Positions 45,169-54,589 of a stretch of DNA of 56,132 nucleotides are shown here, piece by piece. Origin of the DNA: a virus. Its lineage: Duplodnaviria; Caudoviricetes. A program made the position numbers and the translations under genes. The DNA lies in IMG/VR virus record IMGVR_UViG_3300049491_000181, positions 1 to 56,132 of that record; one strand, given 5' to 3'. The notes below the pieces were generated by a model. That model saw only the letters and a list, made by a program, of their open reading frames with translations. It was not told the origin of the DNA and searched no databases. Each line of letters begins with the position of its first letter. Position 1 is the stretch's first letter.

Positions 45169-47700
45169 ATGTACCCAAAAAACGCAGCCAGCCCGGAACG
45201 CATCGCCATCGGGGCTGTCGTCCAGATCAGCGACGGCGCCGTCCAGACCTCGGGCGTCAGTATTTCCGTCAAACCACAAGGCAACGCCGCGAGTGCGGGC
45301 GGCGGCACGACAACCTATGAACAGGGCATCGTCGAATACGTACCGACGCAGGCCGAAACCAACTACACGAGCTTCACGGTCATCGCGTACAAGACCGGCT
45401 GCATTCCCGTTTCGCAGACGATCATCACCAGTTCAAGCTCGGTGGCCGGAACGGTGATGCTGGCGAACCTGGCCCAGACGATCCTCTCGCTGGCGATCAC
45501 GGATGGCCTCGCTGTCTCGCGCAGCACCTCCAACACCTCGGCCATCACGGCGACGGGCAACGGCACCGGGCACGGCATCAGCGCTGTCTCTGGCAGCGGC
45601 GCGACGGGTAACGGCATCAACGCCTCTGCCGCGTCTACGAATGGCAACGGCATCAGCGCCGCAGGCTCCGGCACTGGGGCAGGCGAATTGATGACGGGCG
45701 GCGCGACAGGCAACGGGCTGAAGGTGGTCGGCGGCGGAACCTCGGGCGACGGTGTGGCGATCACGGCCACCTCTGGCCACGGCATCAACACGGCCGGCAC
45801 CGGCACCACGAAACACGGCGTCCACGCAGCGGGCGGCGCCACGACAAGCCACGGCATCAACGCGGTCGGCGGCGGCGTCGGGCACGGCATCCTTGCCACC
45901 TCGGGCGGTGGTTCTACAGGCGACGGCATCAAGGCGGTCGCAGCGAGCACGAACGGCAACGGGTTGAACGTTGCCGGAGTTGGTACAGGAGCAGGCACGT
46001 TGACCACTGGCGGCGCAACGGGCATCGGCCTGTCGGCGGTGGGTGGCGCAACGTCTGGCGATGGCATCAAGTCGGTGACCACATCGGGCCACGGCCTGAA
46101 CCTCGCGCCAGTCGGTACGAACATGCACGGCCTGCTGGCGACGGGCGGCAACGGCGGCACCAGCGACGGCATCAAGGCCGCGGCCGGCACGGGTGGTGTC
46201 GATCTCCGCGCGGCGATCACCGGCAACATCACGGGCAACCTCTCTGGAAGTGTCGGCAGCTTGACCGGCCATACGGTTCAGACCGGCGACGCCTACGCCC
46301 GGCTCGGCGCTCCTGCTGGCGCCTCGGTGTCGGCGGATATCGCAGCGGTGAAGACGCAAACGGCGGCCATCGAGGTGGACACCGGCACCGACCTCCCGGC
46401 GACCCTCGTGACTATCGGCGGCTACATCGACACCGAAGTGGCTGCGATCTACAGCCGCATCGGCGCCCCGGTCGGCGCGTCTATTTCGGCGGACATCGCA
46501 GCGGTTAAGGCGGAGACGGCGACCGTCCTGTCAGATACGAACGATATTCAAACGCGCCTCCCGGCCGCACTTGTCTCGGGCCGCATGGATTCGAGCGTTG
46601 GAGCGATGGCTGCTGATGTGGTGACCGCAGCCGCGATTGCCGCTGGCGCGATTGACCGGGCAACCTTCGCCGACGACACTGGGCTGAAGTCGATCCGCAG
46701 CAACACGGCGCAGGCCGGCGCTTCGACCTCGATCACGCTCGATGCTTCGGCATCGTCTGTCACAGACTTCTACAAGAATGCGTTGATCGTTCTTACGGGC
46801 GGCACAGGCGCAGGGCAGGGGCGTTATTGCACGGCGTACAACGGCACCACGAAGGTCGCCACCGTCTCGGCATGGGCCACGAACCCGGACAACACCTCAA
46901 CCTTTGCAGTCATCGCAGCCGACGCCATCGTGGGCGCCACCGCTCCAACCGCCGCGCAGGTGGCTGACGAAGTGCAGACCCGGACGATTGCCGCCGTGAC
47001 GCTGGTGAACGGTCTTGCGGCCAACACCGTTAACGCTTCGGCACTCGCTTCGGATGCGGTCACAGAGATTCAATCTGGCCTCGCCACTGCCGCAAACCTC
47101 GCCACGGTGGCCGGCTACATCGACACCGAAGTTGCCGCGATTCTTGTTGACACCGCTGCGATCAAGGCCAAGACCGACAACCTCCCATCCGACCCAGCGG
47201 ACGCGAGCGACGTTGCCGGTGCGTTCACCACGGTCAACACGAAGCTCGATACGATTGATGACTTCTTGGACACCGAAGTTGCCGCAATCAAGGCCAAGAC
47301 CGACAACCTGCCGAGTGATCCCGCTGACGCTTCAGTGGTCGCTGGACTTATTGCCGCGGTGGAGACGAAGGTGGACGATCTGCCGACGAATGCGGAACTC
47401 GCAACGGCTTTGGGCACGGCGGATGATGCGGTGCTTGCGGCCATCGCCGACAAGACCGGCTACCGGCTGTCGAGCACAGGGGTCAACGATATTCTCCGCA
47501 CCGCGCTCACCGAAGGCTACGCCGCAGACGGCGCAACGTTCACGCTGGAACAGGCCCTGTATATGCTCTGGGCGCTGGCCGCGGAGCGGGCGATTGTGTC
47601 CACTACGCTGACGGCGCGGAAGCTCGATGGCTCCACTTCTGCGATGACGTTCACGTTGGACGACGATGTCGCGCCGACAACGCAAACTCGGGCAAGCTAA
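45169..47700 (+). CDS. Large repetitive fibre-like protein (843 aa)
   Basis: About 18 G(H/N/D)G-hydrophobic Gly/Thr repeats, then GASxSADIAAVK and DTEVAAI/KAKTDNLPSDPADAS repeats. Confidence 0.75.
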   Translation: MYPKNAASPERIAIGAVVQISDGAVQTSGVSISVKPQGNAASAGGGTTTYEQGIVEYVPTQAETNYTSFTVIAYKTGCIPVSQTIITSSSSVAGTVMLANLAQTILSLAITDGLAVSRSTSNTSAITATGNGTGHGISAVSGSGATGNGINASAASTNGNGISAAGSGTGAGELMTGGATGNGLKVVGGGTSGDGVAITATSGHGINTAGTGTTKHGVHAAGGATTSHGINAVGGGVGHGILATSGGGSTGDGIKAVAASTNGNGLNVAGVGTGAGTLTTGGATGIGLSAVGGATSGDGIKSVTTSGHGLNLAPVGTNMHGLLATGGNGGTSDGIKAAAGTGGVDLRAAITGNITGNLSGSVGSLTGHTVQTGDAYARLGAPAGASVSADIAAVKTQTAAIEVDTGTDLPATLVTIGGYIDTEVAAIYSRIGAPVGASISADIAAVKAETATVLSDTNDIQTRLPAALVSGRMDSSVGAMAADVVTAAAIAAGAIDRATFADDTGLKSIRSNTAQAGASTSITLDASASSVTDFYKNALIVLTGGTGAGQGRYCTAYNGTTKVATVSAWATNPDNTSTFAVIAADAIVGATAPTAAQVADEVQTRTIAAVTLVNGLAANTVNASALASDAVTEIQSGLATAANLATVAGYIDTEVAAILVDTAAIKAKTDNLPSDPADASDVAGAFTTVNTKLDTIDDFLDTEVAAIKAKTDNLPSDPADASVVAGLIAAVETKVDDLPTNAELATALGTADDAVLAAIADKTGYRLSSTGVNDILRTALTEGYAADGATFTLEQALYMLWALAAERAIVSTTLTARKLDGSTSAMTFTLDDDVAPTTQTRAS

Positions 47701-48003
47701 ATGGCTCGCTTAGTCGTTCACGGCCTTGGTGGCACGGTCGCCGACCTCCTCCGCTTCGGATTCGGGGCAGGGGAGTTCAGCGCCGATCCGGCAGCGGTTT
47801 GGAATTACCTGCTGCCCAATGGCGTCACCACCGGCAACGCGCTGATGGCCGTTTACAACTGGGTGAACGAATTGCACCGGATTCACGGCCTGAATGCGAC
47901 TGTGCCGCTAGTGGTGACAGAGACGAACCGCGGCGCGGGCGTGGCCATCCAGCAAACCCTTGTCGATGACGGCAACGGGAACATAACCGTCACGAGGCAA
48001 TAG
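47701..48003 (+). CDS. Putative virion protein (100 aa)
   Basis: DPAAVW, ELHRIHGL...PLVVT motifs; coupled. Confidence 0.6.
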   Translation: MARLVVHGLGGTVADLLRFGFGAGEFSADPAAVWNYLLPNGVTTGNALMAVYNWVNELHRIHGLNATVPLVVTETNRGAGVAIQQTLVDDGNGNITVTRQ

Positions 48004-48004
48004 C

Positions 48005-48358
48005 ATGGGATGGCTCGATGAATTATTGGGCCCCTCCAAGGCCGATAAGCAATACGCACAACTCCGTGCGGACAGTGCGCAAATTCGCGCGGATATCTCT
48101 GACTTGAAAGGTCAAATCATGGCAACGAACGAACAAACGGCAGCGGACCTCCGGGCGCTGAACGAGCAACTGCTGAAGGTGCGCGCGGAGCAAACCGGAC
48201 GCTTCGAGGAGCAGAAGGCGAAGATTCAGGCGCTACAGGACGCTCTGGACAACCTGCCGGGCGGCACCTCGCCGGAGGTTGATGAAGCGATGGCAGCGGT
48301 GAAGGGCACCGTCCAGGGCTTCGATGACGAAATCACTGACACCCCGCCCGACGCTTGA
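48005..48358 (+). CDS. Coiled-coil protein (117 aa; alternative start 48119)
   Basis: Heptad pattern; AAAGG before MATNEQ. Confidence 0.55.
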   Translation: MGWLDELLGPSKADKQYAQLRADSAQIRADISDLKGQIMATNEQTAADLRALNEQLLKVRAEQTGRFEEQKAKIQALQDALDNLPGGTSPEVDEAMAAVKGTVQGFDDEITDTPPDA

Positions 48359-48397
48359 CAACCACGGGGCCACGGCCCCGGCAACCGGAGACTCATC

Positions 48398-48583
48398 ATG
48401 GGCCTCGTTGAACTGATTATCTTGATCGTGCTTATCGGCGTGGGGCTTTGGGCACTGAACAAGTATGTCCCGATGGACCCCAAGATCAAGGGCATCTTGA
48501 ATGTCGTCGTGGTCGTGGTGCTTGTCCTGTTCATCCTTTCGCTGTTCGTGCCGGGGCTGACAAACATTCGAGTCGGCAGGTAG
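48398..48583 (+). CDS. Small two-TM membrane protein, Thivi_2564-like (61 aa)
   Basis: GGAG RBS; two TM helices around YVPMDPKIKGIL. Confidence 0.7.
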   Translation: MGLVELIILIVLIGVGLWALNKYVPMDPKIKGILNVVVVVVLVLFILSLFVPGLTNIRVGR

Positions 48584-48584
48584 C

Positions 48585-48989
48585 GTGCTCAGTCCGCGCG
48601 CCATCGCCGTGCAGGGAATCGGCTACACGCCCCGACTTGTGGCCGTTCAGGGCTTGTGGCCGTTCAGTGCCGGGGACACCGACACGGGCGGTGGGGGCCG
48701 GTGGCGGGGCCGTACACGGCGTGCGCGCGGGTTTGGGTTCCGGCCGGAGGAGGTCACCACCCGGAAAGCGGCCAAGAAAGCGGCCGTATCGGTCATCCAG
48801 GCACTGCGACGCAACGAACCGCTGGAGTTCACCACGGACGCCGAGCGTGCCTGGCTCGATATGATGGCGCGTGTGGCGCCTGAAATCCGGTCCCCTCACA
48901 TTCCCCTGCCCGGCGACGAAAAACGTGCCAAACGGTCTAAAAACCGCCTTCGTGCCATCCTCCTGCTTTGCTTCTTGCTGCTGCAATGA
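48585..48989 (+). CDS. Hypothetical basic protein (134 aa)
   Basis: Duplicated AVQG N-terminus; ATGA coupling to the head gene. Confidence 0.5.
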   Translation: MLSPRAIAVQGIGYTPRLVAVQGLWPFSAGDTDTGGGGRWRGRTRRARGFGFRPEEVTTRKAAKKAAVSVIQALRRNEPLEFTTDAERAWLDMMARVAPEIRSPHIPLPGDEKRAKRSKNRLRAILLLCFLLLQ

Positions 48990-49978
48990 CCAATCAGGAC
49001 ATCATCGACACCACTATCGGCCATCAAGTCGATTTGGAGTTCTACGCCAACGGCGTAGTTCAGGAAAGCGTGGGCCAGTTGAACGCCGCCGATCAAGCCA
49101 TCCTTGCCATGATCGCGGCGTGGTTGCTCAGCCTGACACAGAAACCAACACCGGCGCAAGTTGACTCGGCCCTGGCCCCGGTCTTGGACGCCAACCAAGT
49201 CACGTATCTGGCCATTGAGCAGGGCCTGAACGCCGAGCTTCTAGGCGCCGTTGACGCTGAAGCGGAGTTTCAGAATGAACTGTTGGAGGCTGCTGAACTT
49301 GACCCGGTTAGCGTTGGCACTACCGGCCTGTTCCTGGCCATGCTTGCCGTTCCGATGATGGGGCAGACGTTCTCGCAGACGATGGATAGTCTGGCGCTCA
49401 CCAGGGCAACAGGTATCAGTAAGGCGGTTCAGGCCGGGATAAACGCCAACGAACCAGTCAGCACCATTCTGAACGCCGTAAAGGATGCGATGGAAGTATC
49501 GCGCCGCAATATGGAAACTGTTGTGCGTACAGTTGTCACGCACGCTGTCGAATTCGTGGCGGCTGCGATGTACGCTCTGATTCCATCACCGAAGATTTTT
49601 TCGATCATGTGGCTGTCGGTACTGGATAGCCGGACCACTGAGCTGTGCAAGGTACGCAACGGCAAAAGATACACCCCCGACACACATGCGCCCATCGGGC
49701 ACAGTCACTCATGGGGTGCCGGCCCGGGTATGTTGCATTACAACTGCCGGTCATCGTCGGCGCCGTTGTTCTTTTCCGGTGTCCCGAAGCAACAGAGTTA
49801 TGACGACTGGCTGCGCAAGCAGTCCGTTCAAACGCAGAATGAAATACTCGGGTTGAAGCGTGCGCAAGAATATCGTGACGACACGACCATCGTTGCCGAT
49901 ACCTTTGTAAACAACAAAGGCAAGACCTTGACGCTTGAGCAATTGCGCGCCCGCACTATTTTGTTAAAAAGCACGTAA
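48986..49978 (+). CDS. Head morphogenesis protein, SPP1 gp7/Mu F-like (330 aa)
   Basis: WLSVLDSRTTELC, HYNCRS, Y.DWL.KQ...Q.EILG..RA, G..LTLEQL. Confidence 0.9.
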   Translation: MTNQDIIDTTIGHQVDLEFYANGVVQESVGQLNAADQAILAMIAAWLLSLTQKPTPAQVDSALAPVLDANQVTYLAIEQGLNAELLGAVDAEAEFQNELLEAAELDPVSVGTTGLFLAMLAVPMMGQTFSQTMDSLALTRATGISKAVQAGINANEPVSTILNAVKDAMEVSRRNMETVVRTVVTHAVEFVAAAMYALIPSPKIFSIMWLSVLDSRTTELCKVRNGKRYTPDTHAPIGHSHSWGAGPGMLHYNCRSSSAPLFFSGVPKQQSYDDWLRKQSVQTQNEILGLKRAQEYRDDTTIVADTFVNNKGKTLTLEQLRARTILLKST

Positions 49979-50041
49979 ATATCCCCACACTATCGTTTAC
50001 CCTGAAGGGTTTTGTACCTAAAATCCGCACTAAATTACCTG

Positions 50042-50112
50042 CCTAATTCTTGGATGAGGGTTAGGTGTCCCGGGCTGGATGGCCCCCGCGCCGATTGGTG
50101 GATGCCAAGCGG
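50042..50112 (+). promoter_or_regulatory. Three tandem hairpins sharing a UGGAUG loop in the scaffold leader
   Basis: Stems at 50042-50065, 50072-50085 and 50091-50112. Confidence 0.6.
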
Positions 50113-50132
50113 TTAACACGTTGACCCCACAC

Positions 50133-50894
50133 ATGAAACTGAAATTGACCGCCGATGGCTCTGCCGCCGTGATTCAGGACGGCAAACCTGTTTATGTGCA
50201 TGATGACGGCAAGGATATTGCCTTTGACGCTGTCGGTACTGTGGCGACCATCACCCGGCTCAACGCCGAGGCGAAAGGTCACCGTGAACGGGCCGAAGCG
50301 GCGGAGGCGAAAGCCCGGCTGTATGACGGCATCGAAGACCCAGCCGCCGCGAAAAAGGCGCTGGACTTGGTTGCCAACCTTGATCAGAAAAAGCTGGTGG
50401 ATGCCGGCGAACGTGACAAGGCAATCGCACAGGCTATCAAGGCGGTCGAGGACAAGTTTGCACCAGTCGTGAAAGAAGCCGATACGCTGAAGACCCAGCT
50501 ACACACCTTCATGGTGGGCGGCGCGTTCCAGCGGTCGAAGTTCATCGCAGAAAAGTTCGCCACTGAAGGACCGGCCGGCGTGGAAATCGCGCAGGCACTG
50601 TTTGGCAGGGCGTTCAAGGTCGAAGACGGCAAGGTGTTGGCATATGACGCAAACGGCGGCAAGGTCTATTCCCGGAGCAAGCCGGGTGAACTTGCCGACC
50701 CTGACGAAGCCATCGAGCTGTTGGTGGAAGCGCACCCTTACAAGGCGCATCTGCTCAAGGGCACGGGAGCGTCAGGCGGGGGTGCGTTGCCAGGCGGTGG
50801 GGGTGGCGGCGGAGCACTGAAGGGCAAGCTGGATGGCTCGCCTACGGAGCGGACTGAGTATTTCGCAAGCAAGTTTCCGGCCCTGAAATCGTAA
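50133..50894 (+). CDS. Capsid scaffolding protein, DUF6651-like (253 aa)
   Basis: MKLKL...DGKPVYVHDDG, LNAEAKGHRE, FKVEDGK, YSRSKPGELA; precedes the capsid gene. Confidence 0.85.
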   Translation: MKLKLTADGSAAVIQDGKPVYVHDDGKDIAFDAVGTVATITRLNAEAKGHRERAEAAEAKARLYDGIEDPAAAKKALDLVANLDQKKLVDAGERDKAIAQAIKAVEDKFAPVVKEADTLKTQLHTFMVGGAFQRSKFIAEKFATEGPAGVEIAQALFGRAFKVEDGKVLAYDANGGKVYSRSKPGELADPDEAIELLVEAHPYKAHLLKGTGASGGGALPGGGGGGGALKGKLDGSPTERTEYFASKFPALKS

Positions 50895-50931
50895 CCCATG
50901 CCCTAAACCATCCGGGCGAAAAGGAAAGCAA

Positions 50932-51894
50932 ATGGCACTGTCTGACATGAAGGTCTTCAACGAATACGTTCGTGAAGCAACCATCGAAACCGTCGCCCAG
51001 ATGATCGACAAGTTCAACGGCGCATCGGCTGGCGCAATCCAGCTGTCCGCTCAAGGCTTCGACGGCGATTATATGATGCGTTCGTCGTTCTCCAGCCTGC
51101 ACGCAGCGCAGCGCCGGGTGGATCGCTACGCCACGAACACCTCCGCCGCTTCGACGGCGCTGGCCCAAATCCAGCACAACACCGTCAAGGTGGCAGGTGG
51201 ATTCGGACCGATTGCGTGGGAACCGGCGCAGCTGCGTTGGGTCGGGGACAACCCCGCCGCCGCGGTCGAGGTCATCAGCCGGAACATGGCCGAAGCCATC
51301 ATGAAGGACATGCTGAACTCGGCGATTGCGGCGGCTGTCGCGGCCATCGAGAATGTGGGTGCCACCGCCTACTATGACACTGGCACCGGCCCGATCACGT
51401 TGGCGGACATCAACTCCGCGCACGCGAAGTTCGGTGACATGAGTCAGCTGCTTGTGTGTGATGTCATGGACGGCACCACGTATCACGCGTTGATCGGTCT
51501 GAACCTGGCGAACGCCGCGACCCTGTTCCAAGCGGGCAACGTGACGGTGGTTTCTATCCTCGGCAAAACCGTGGTGGTGACCGACGCACCGGCGCTACGC
51601 GAGACTGGTACCGGCGCCGACCAGAAAGTGCTGTCTCTGGCCAGTGGCGGTGTGATCGTCCACGATGCGAGTGACTTGGTCACGAACATCGAGACCAACA
51701 ACGGCTCACAGCGCATCTCCACGACCATGCAGGCGGACTACACGTTCGGGCTGGGCCTGAAGGGCTACGCGTGGGACACCACGAACGGCGGCAAGTCTCC
51801 GACCGATGCCGAGATTGCCACCGGCTCGAATTGGGACAAGATCGCCACGAGCCTGAAGCACACGGCAGGCGTGCTGACTCTGGCGAACATCTAA
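50932..51894 (+). CDS. Major capsid protein (320 aa)
   Basis: MALSDMKVFN, FNGASAGAI, GLKGYAWD...KSPTDA..ATG.NW......K.TAGV. Confidence 0.9.
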   Translation: MALSDMKVFNEYVREATIETVAQMIDKFNGASAGAIQLSAQGFDGDYMMRSSFSSLHAAQRRVDRYATNTSAASTALAQIQHNTVKVAGGFGPIAWEPAQLRWVGDNPAAAVEVISRNMAEAIMKDMLNSAIAAAVAAIENVGATAYYDTGTGPITLADINSAHAKFGDMSQLLVCDVMDGTTYHALIGLNLANAATLFQAGNVTVVSILGKTVVVTDAPALRETGTGADQKVLSLASGGVIVHDASDLVTNIETNNGSQRISTTMQADYTFGLGLKGYAWDTTNGGKSPTDAEIATGSNWDKIATSLKHTAGVLTLANI

Positions 51895-51922
51895 CCGGAC
51901 GGCCCCCACAAGGGGCTGCACG

Positions 51923-52483
51923 ATGATGGATGCATTGGTAGTCAGCGAGCGGGAAAAGTACCGCGCCGTCTGGGGTGACACGCAGTATCGCGTGATATCC
52001 CCGGGCGCGCGGCACTTGGACTCCGCCGTTGCGTGGATGGCGCCGGAACCCGGTGCCAGTTTCACCGACTGGGGCTGCGGCACCGGCCGCGCGGCAGACA
52101 TGTTGTTTGCGATGGGCCACACGGTCCGCCTCGTGGACCATGCTGGCAACGCCTACGTTGGCGCACTCCCGTTCGTCGAAGCCTGTTTGTGGGATTTGCC
52201 CTCGGACCTACCACCAACGCAGTATGGGTTTTGCGCCGATGTCATGGAACATATCCCGACCACCCATGTCGATGACGTTCTCGCAGCGATTGCGCTGCGT
52301 ACCGTGAAAAAGTGTTATTTTCAGATCGCGCTTTTTCACGATACGCATTTCACAAAGAACGGCCCGCTACACCTCACTGTGCGCCTGGCCGAATGGTGGA
52401 TGGAAACGATTGAACAGCACTTTGCTAAGGCGGAGTATCGGAAAGTGAAGTTGAAGCACCTCTTGGTTGTTGCACACAAATGA
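51923..52483 (+). CDS. Class I SAM-dependent methyltransferase (186 aa)
   Basis: DWGCGTG, CADVMEHIP, HLTV...WW. Confidence 0.85.
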   Translation: MMDALVVSEREKYRAVWGDTQYRVISPGARHLDSAVAWMAPEPGASFTDWGCGTGRAADMLFAMGHTVRLVDHAGNAYVGALPFVEACLWDLPSDLPPTQYGFCADVMEHIPTTHVDDVLAAIALRTVKKCYFQIALFHDTHFTKNGPLHLTVRLAEWWMETIEQHFAKAEYRKVKLKHLLVVAHK

Positions 52484-53256
52484 TCGCGCTGAAAGCATTC
52501 GGAGAATTGGTCATGCGCCACAAGGGCGCCAGCATCTGCGTGATGGGTGGAGGGGCGAATCTCGCCCGCGACATCGACGGGTTGAAAGCCGATGTTTGGA
52601 TCAGCACAAATGCCCATGGCGCGAAGCTGCGGAGTGTTGACTACGTCGTAGCGATGGATAACCTGCACACGGTCACCAAGGAACAAATGGAGGGGCTGAT
52701 TCGCCCCCACACCGATGCACCGATCATCGGCCCGTGGCACTGGTGCGACTACGGTGTCACGAACTACCCACTAGCGCCGCGGCTCATCTTTTCAGGCGTG
52801 ATCGCCCAATGGGTCGCATGCATGCTTGGGGCGCACCCGCTCATCATGGCCGGCTTCGATTGCTACGGGTACGGTAGGGACAGCACCTTGCCGGAGGGGC
52901 GCCGGTCGCTGAACCAGCACAAGGACATCGTGCCGCACCTGTCGTGTGCCGTTCGTGTGGTCAGTGGCCCGCTGACTGCGTTGTGGCCCGCCTACGATCC
53001 TGCCGAAACGTTTGGCGCCTACACCCCGCCCGGCCTGTTGGCGATGACCGCCGCTGATGAGCATGGCGTGTTCGTCAAGGTCATCAAACCAATCGAGATT
53101 CGTGGCAGGCAGTACCCGATTGGCACCACGCTGCACGCCCCGCACGCCGAAGTGTGGCGACAGATCAAGCACCGCTCGCTGATGGAAGTTCCAGCCCCCA
53201 AACCCGCACCAATCAAGAGGAGTGCAAAATGGCAACAGCCAAATATGTCTACGTGA
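52480..53256 (+). CDS. DUF115/Maf-like (GT-like) transferase with a C-terminal duplicated module (258 aa)
   Basis: ICVMGGGANL, ISTN, YVVAMD, FSG..A...A..LGA.PLIMAGFDC. Confidence 0.65.
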   Translation: MIALKAFGELVMRHKGASICVMGGGANLARDIDGLKADVWISTNAHGAKLRSVDYVVAMDNLHTVTKEQMEGLIRPHTDAPIIGPWHWCDYGVTNYPLAPRLIFSGVIAQWVACMLGAHPLIMAGFDCYGYGRDSTLPEGRRSLNQHKDIVPHLSCAVRVVSGPLTALWPAYDPAETFGAYTPPGLLAMTAADEHGVFVKVIKPIEIRGRQYPIGTTLHAPHAEVWRQIKHRSLMEVPAPKPAPIKRSAKWQQPNMST

Positions 53257-53429
53257 AGGTTATGAAGCCGGTCGAAGTCTCGGGCGTGCTTCATGTTGTC
53301 GGCTCCGTCTTTCGCGCGCCTTTCGAGGAGGTGCGCCGCCAGATCAAGCACCGCTCGCTGGTCGAAGTGCCGAAGGGTACCAAGGCCGATGAGTCGGACG
53401 ACACCGCACCACCGCCAGCCGATTCCTGA
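53229..53429 (+). CDS. Small putative head-associated protein (66 aa)
   Basis: GAGGAG RBS; paralogous to the C-terminus of the preceding gene. Confidence 0.65.
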   Translation: MATAKYVYVKVMKPVEVSGVLHVVGSVFRAPFEEVRRQIKHRSLVEVPKGTKADESDDTAPPPADS

Positions 53430-53462
53430 TTTCTTTAACCCCGCCCCTATAGGAGCATCCTC

Positions 53463-54479
53463 ATGACCACTGCCGCCCAAGGCAAACTTCAATACGAGGC
53501 GGGGCAGAACTCCGTCGCCATGTCGGCGCTGACGAACAGCGGCGATGAAACCACCTTTACCTCGGCCGCGTCGCTGTGGTCCGGGAAGTCGGGCTACGCT
53601 CCCGTTGTGCGGCCGAATGGCCTGCTGACGGGCGGCGCCGCGATCCCGGACAACTCGGCAGCAAACAACGTGGTGGATATTGCCGCGCTGACTTGCTGGC
53701 TCGCTGGCGTCGCCACTTCGGTCGCGGCAGGGAGTCTGACCTCCACGCGCCCGGCCACCGCCGTCGCCAAGATCAACTCCCTGACCGTGAACAGCAGCGG
53801 CGCCCTCGCGCTGGTAGCTGGCACGGACGGCGCCGACACCACGTTCAGCGAAACGCGCGGCGCCGCGGGTGGACCACCGCTCATTCCGGTCGGCTCCATC
53901 GAAATCGGACAGACGCGCGTCACCTCCAACACCGCCGCGCCAATTGCCTCCACGGAGATTTTTCAGGTGGTCGGCCTGCACCAAGAGCGCGCAGACTTCC
54001 CGTTGTACGAAGTCAACTATGGCCCGACCATCGTGGACAACGTGCAGACGAAGGCGGGCGGCTCGGTGTCGTTCATCTCTGCGCTGCCGGAGATTCACAC
54101 GGGCACGTTGCCGAAGGGGGTTTATGCGTCCTACGCATCGCCAATCTTCGCCGATGTGTCGCTGGCGTCGGATTTTGTGCCGCCCGAAACCACCAACGCA
54201 CAATCGTCGGTGCAGGTGTACGGCACGACCATCGGGTCATCGTCCGCCACGCTCGCGCAGGGTTCGTTCACCGCGTACCTGTCGAACGGCGTGACCGATC
54301 CGCTGGTGATCCTGAAGAATGCAAACTTGTGGTTCAAGTTCTTCCCGGATCGCTACGCTTCGCCCTACGTCTTGGCGCAAGGAATCTTGGGCATCAACCG
54401 CACTTTCCCGGTCGCGGCCGACATCCAAGCAGAATGCACGATCAGTGCGCCGCGCGCCTCCATCGAACAGGCGTCGTAG
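53463..54479 (+). CDS. Major tail protein (338 aa)
   Basis: AGGAG RBS; position before chaperone and tape measure; DFVPPETT..SS.QVYG, WFKFFPDRY. Confidence 0.75.
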   Translation: MTTAAQGKLQYEAGQNSVAMSALTNSGDETTFTSAASLWSGKSGYAPVVRPNGLLTGGAAIPDNSAANNVVDIAALTCWLAGVATSVAAGSLTSTRPATAVAKINSLTVNSSGALALVAGTDGADTTFSETRGAAGGPPLIPVGSIEIGQTRVTSNTAAPIASTEIFQVVGLHQERADFPLYEVNYGPTIVDNVQTKAGGSVSFISALPEIHTGTLPKGVYASYASPIFADVSLASDFVPPETTNAQSSVQVYGTTIGSSSATLAQGSFTAYLSNGVTDPLVILKNANLWFKFFPDRYASPYVLAQGILGINRTFPVAADIQAECTISAPRASIEQAS

Positions 54480-54525
54480 CGCGCAGCAAAGTTGTCTCCT
54501 AGGCAGTGACTCGATGCTGCCTTTG

Positions 54526-54573
54526 AAGCGGTCGCGGATGGGTGCGGAATTCCAGCCGCGACCGCTTTGTTTT
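54526..54573 (+). terminator. Hairpin/attenuator between major tail and chaperone genes
   Basis: AAGCGGTCGCGG...CCGCGACCGCTT followed by TGTTTT. Confidence 0.55.
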
Positions 54574-54589
54574 GTACGATGAGGAAATA

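Noticed and set aside
34984-50005. TTTACCC as a late promoter motif (near 34985, 35112, 49997)
   Set aside because: Too short, and two copies lie in the palindromic region; cannot be supported without statistics or TSS data
51923-52483. DNA methyltransferase or preQ1-base methylase
   Set aside because: No DPPY/NPPY or PC motif; it lies in the head operon far from the que cluster, and no QueF-like gene was seen to supply preQ1
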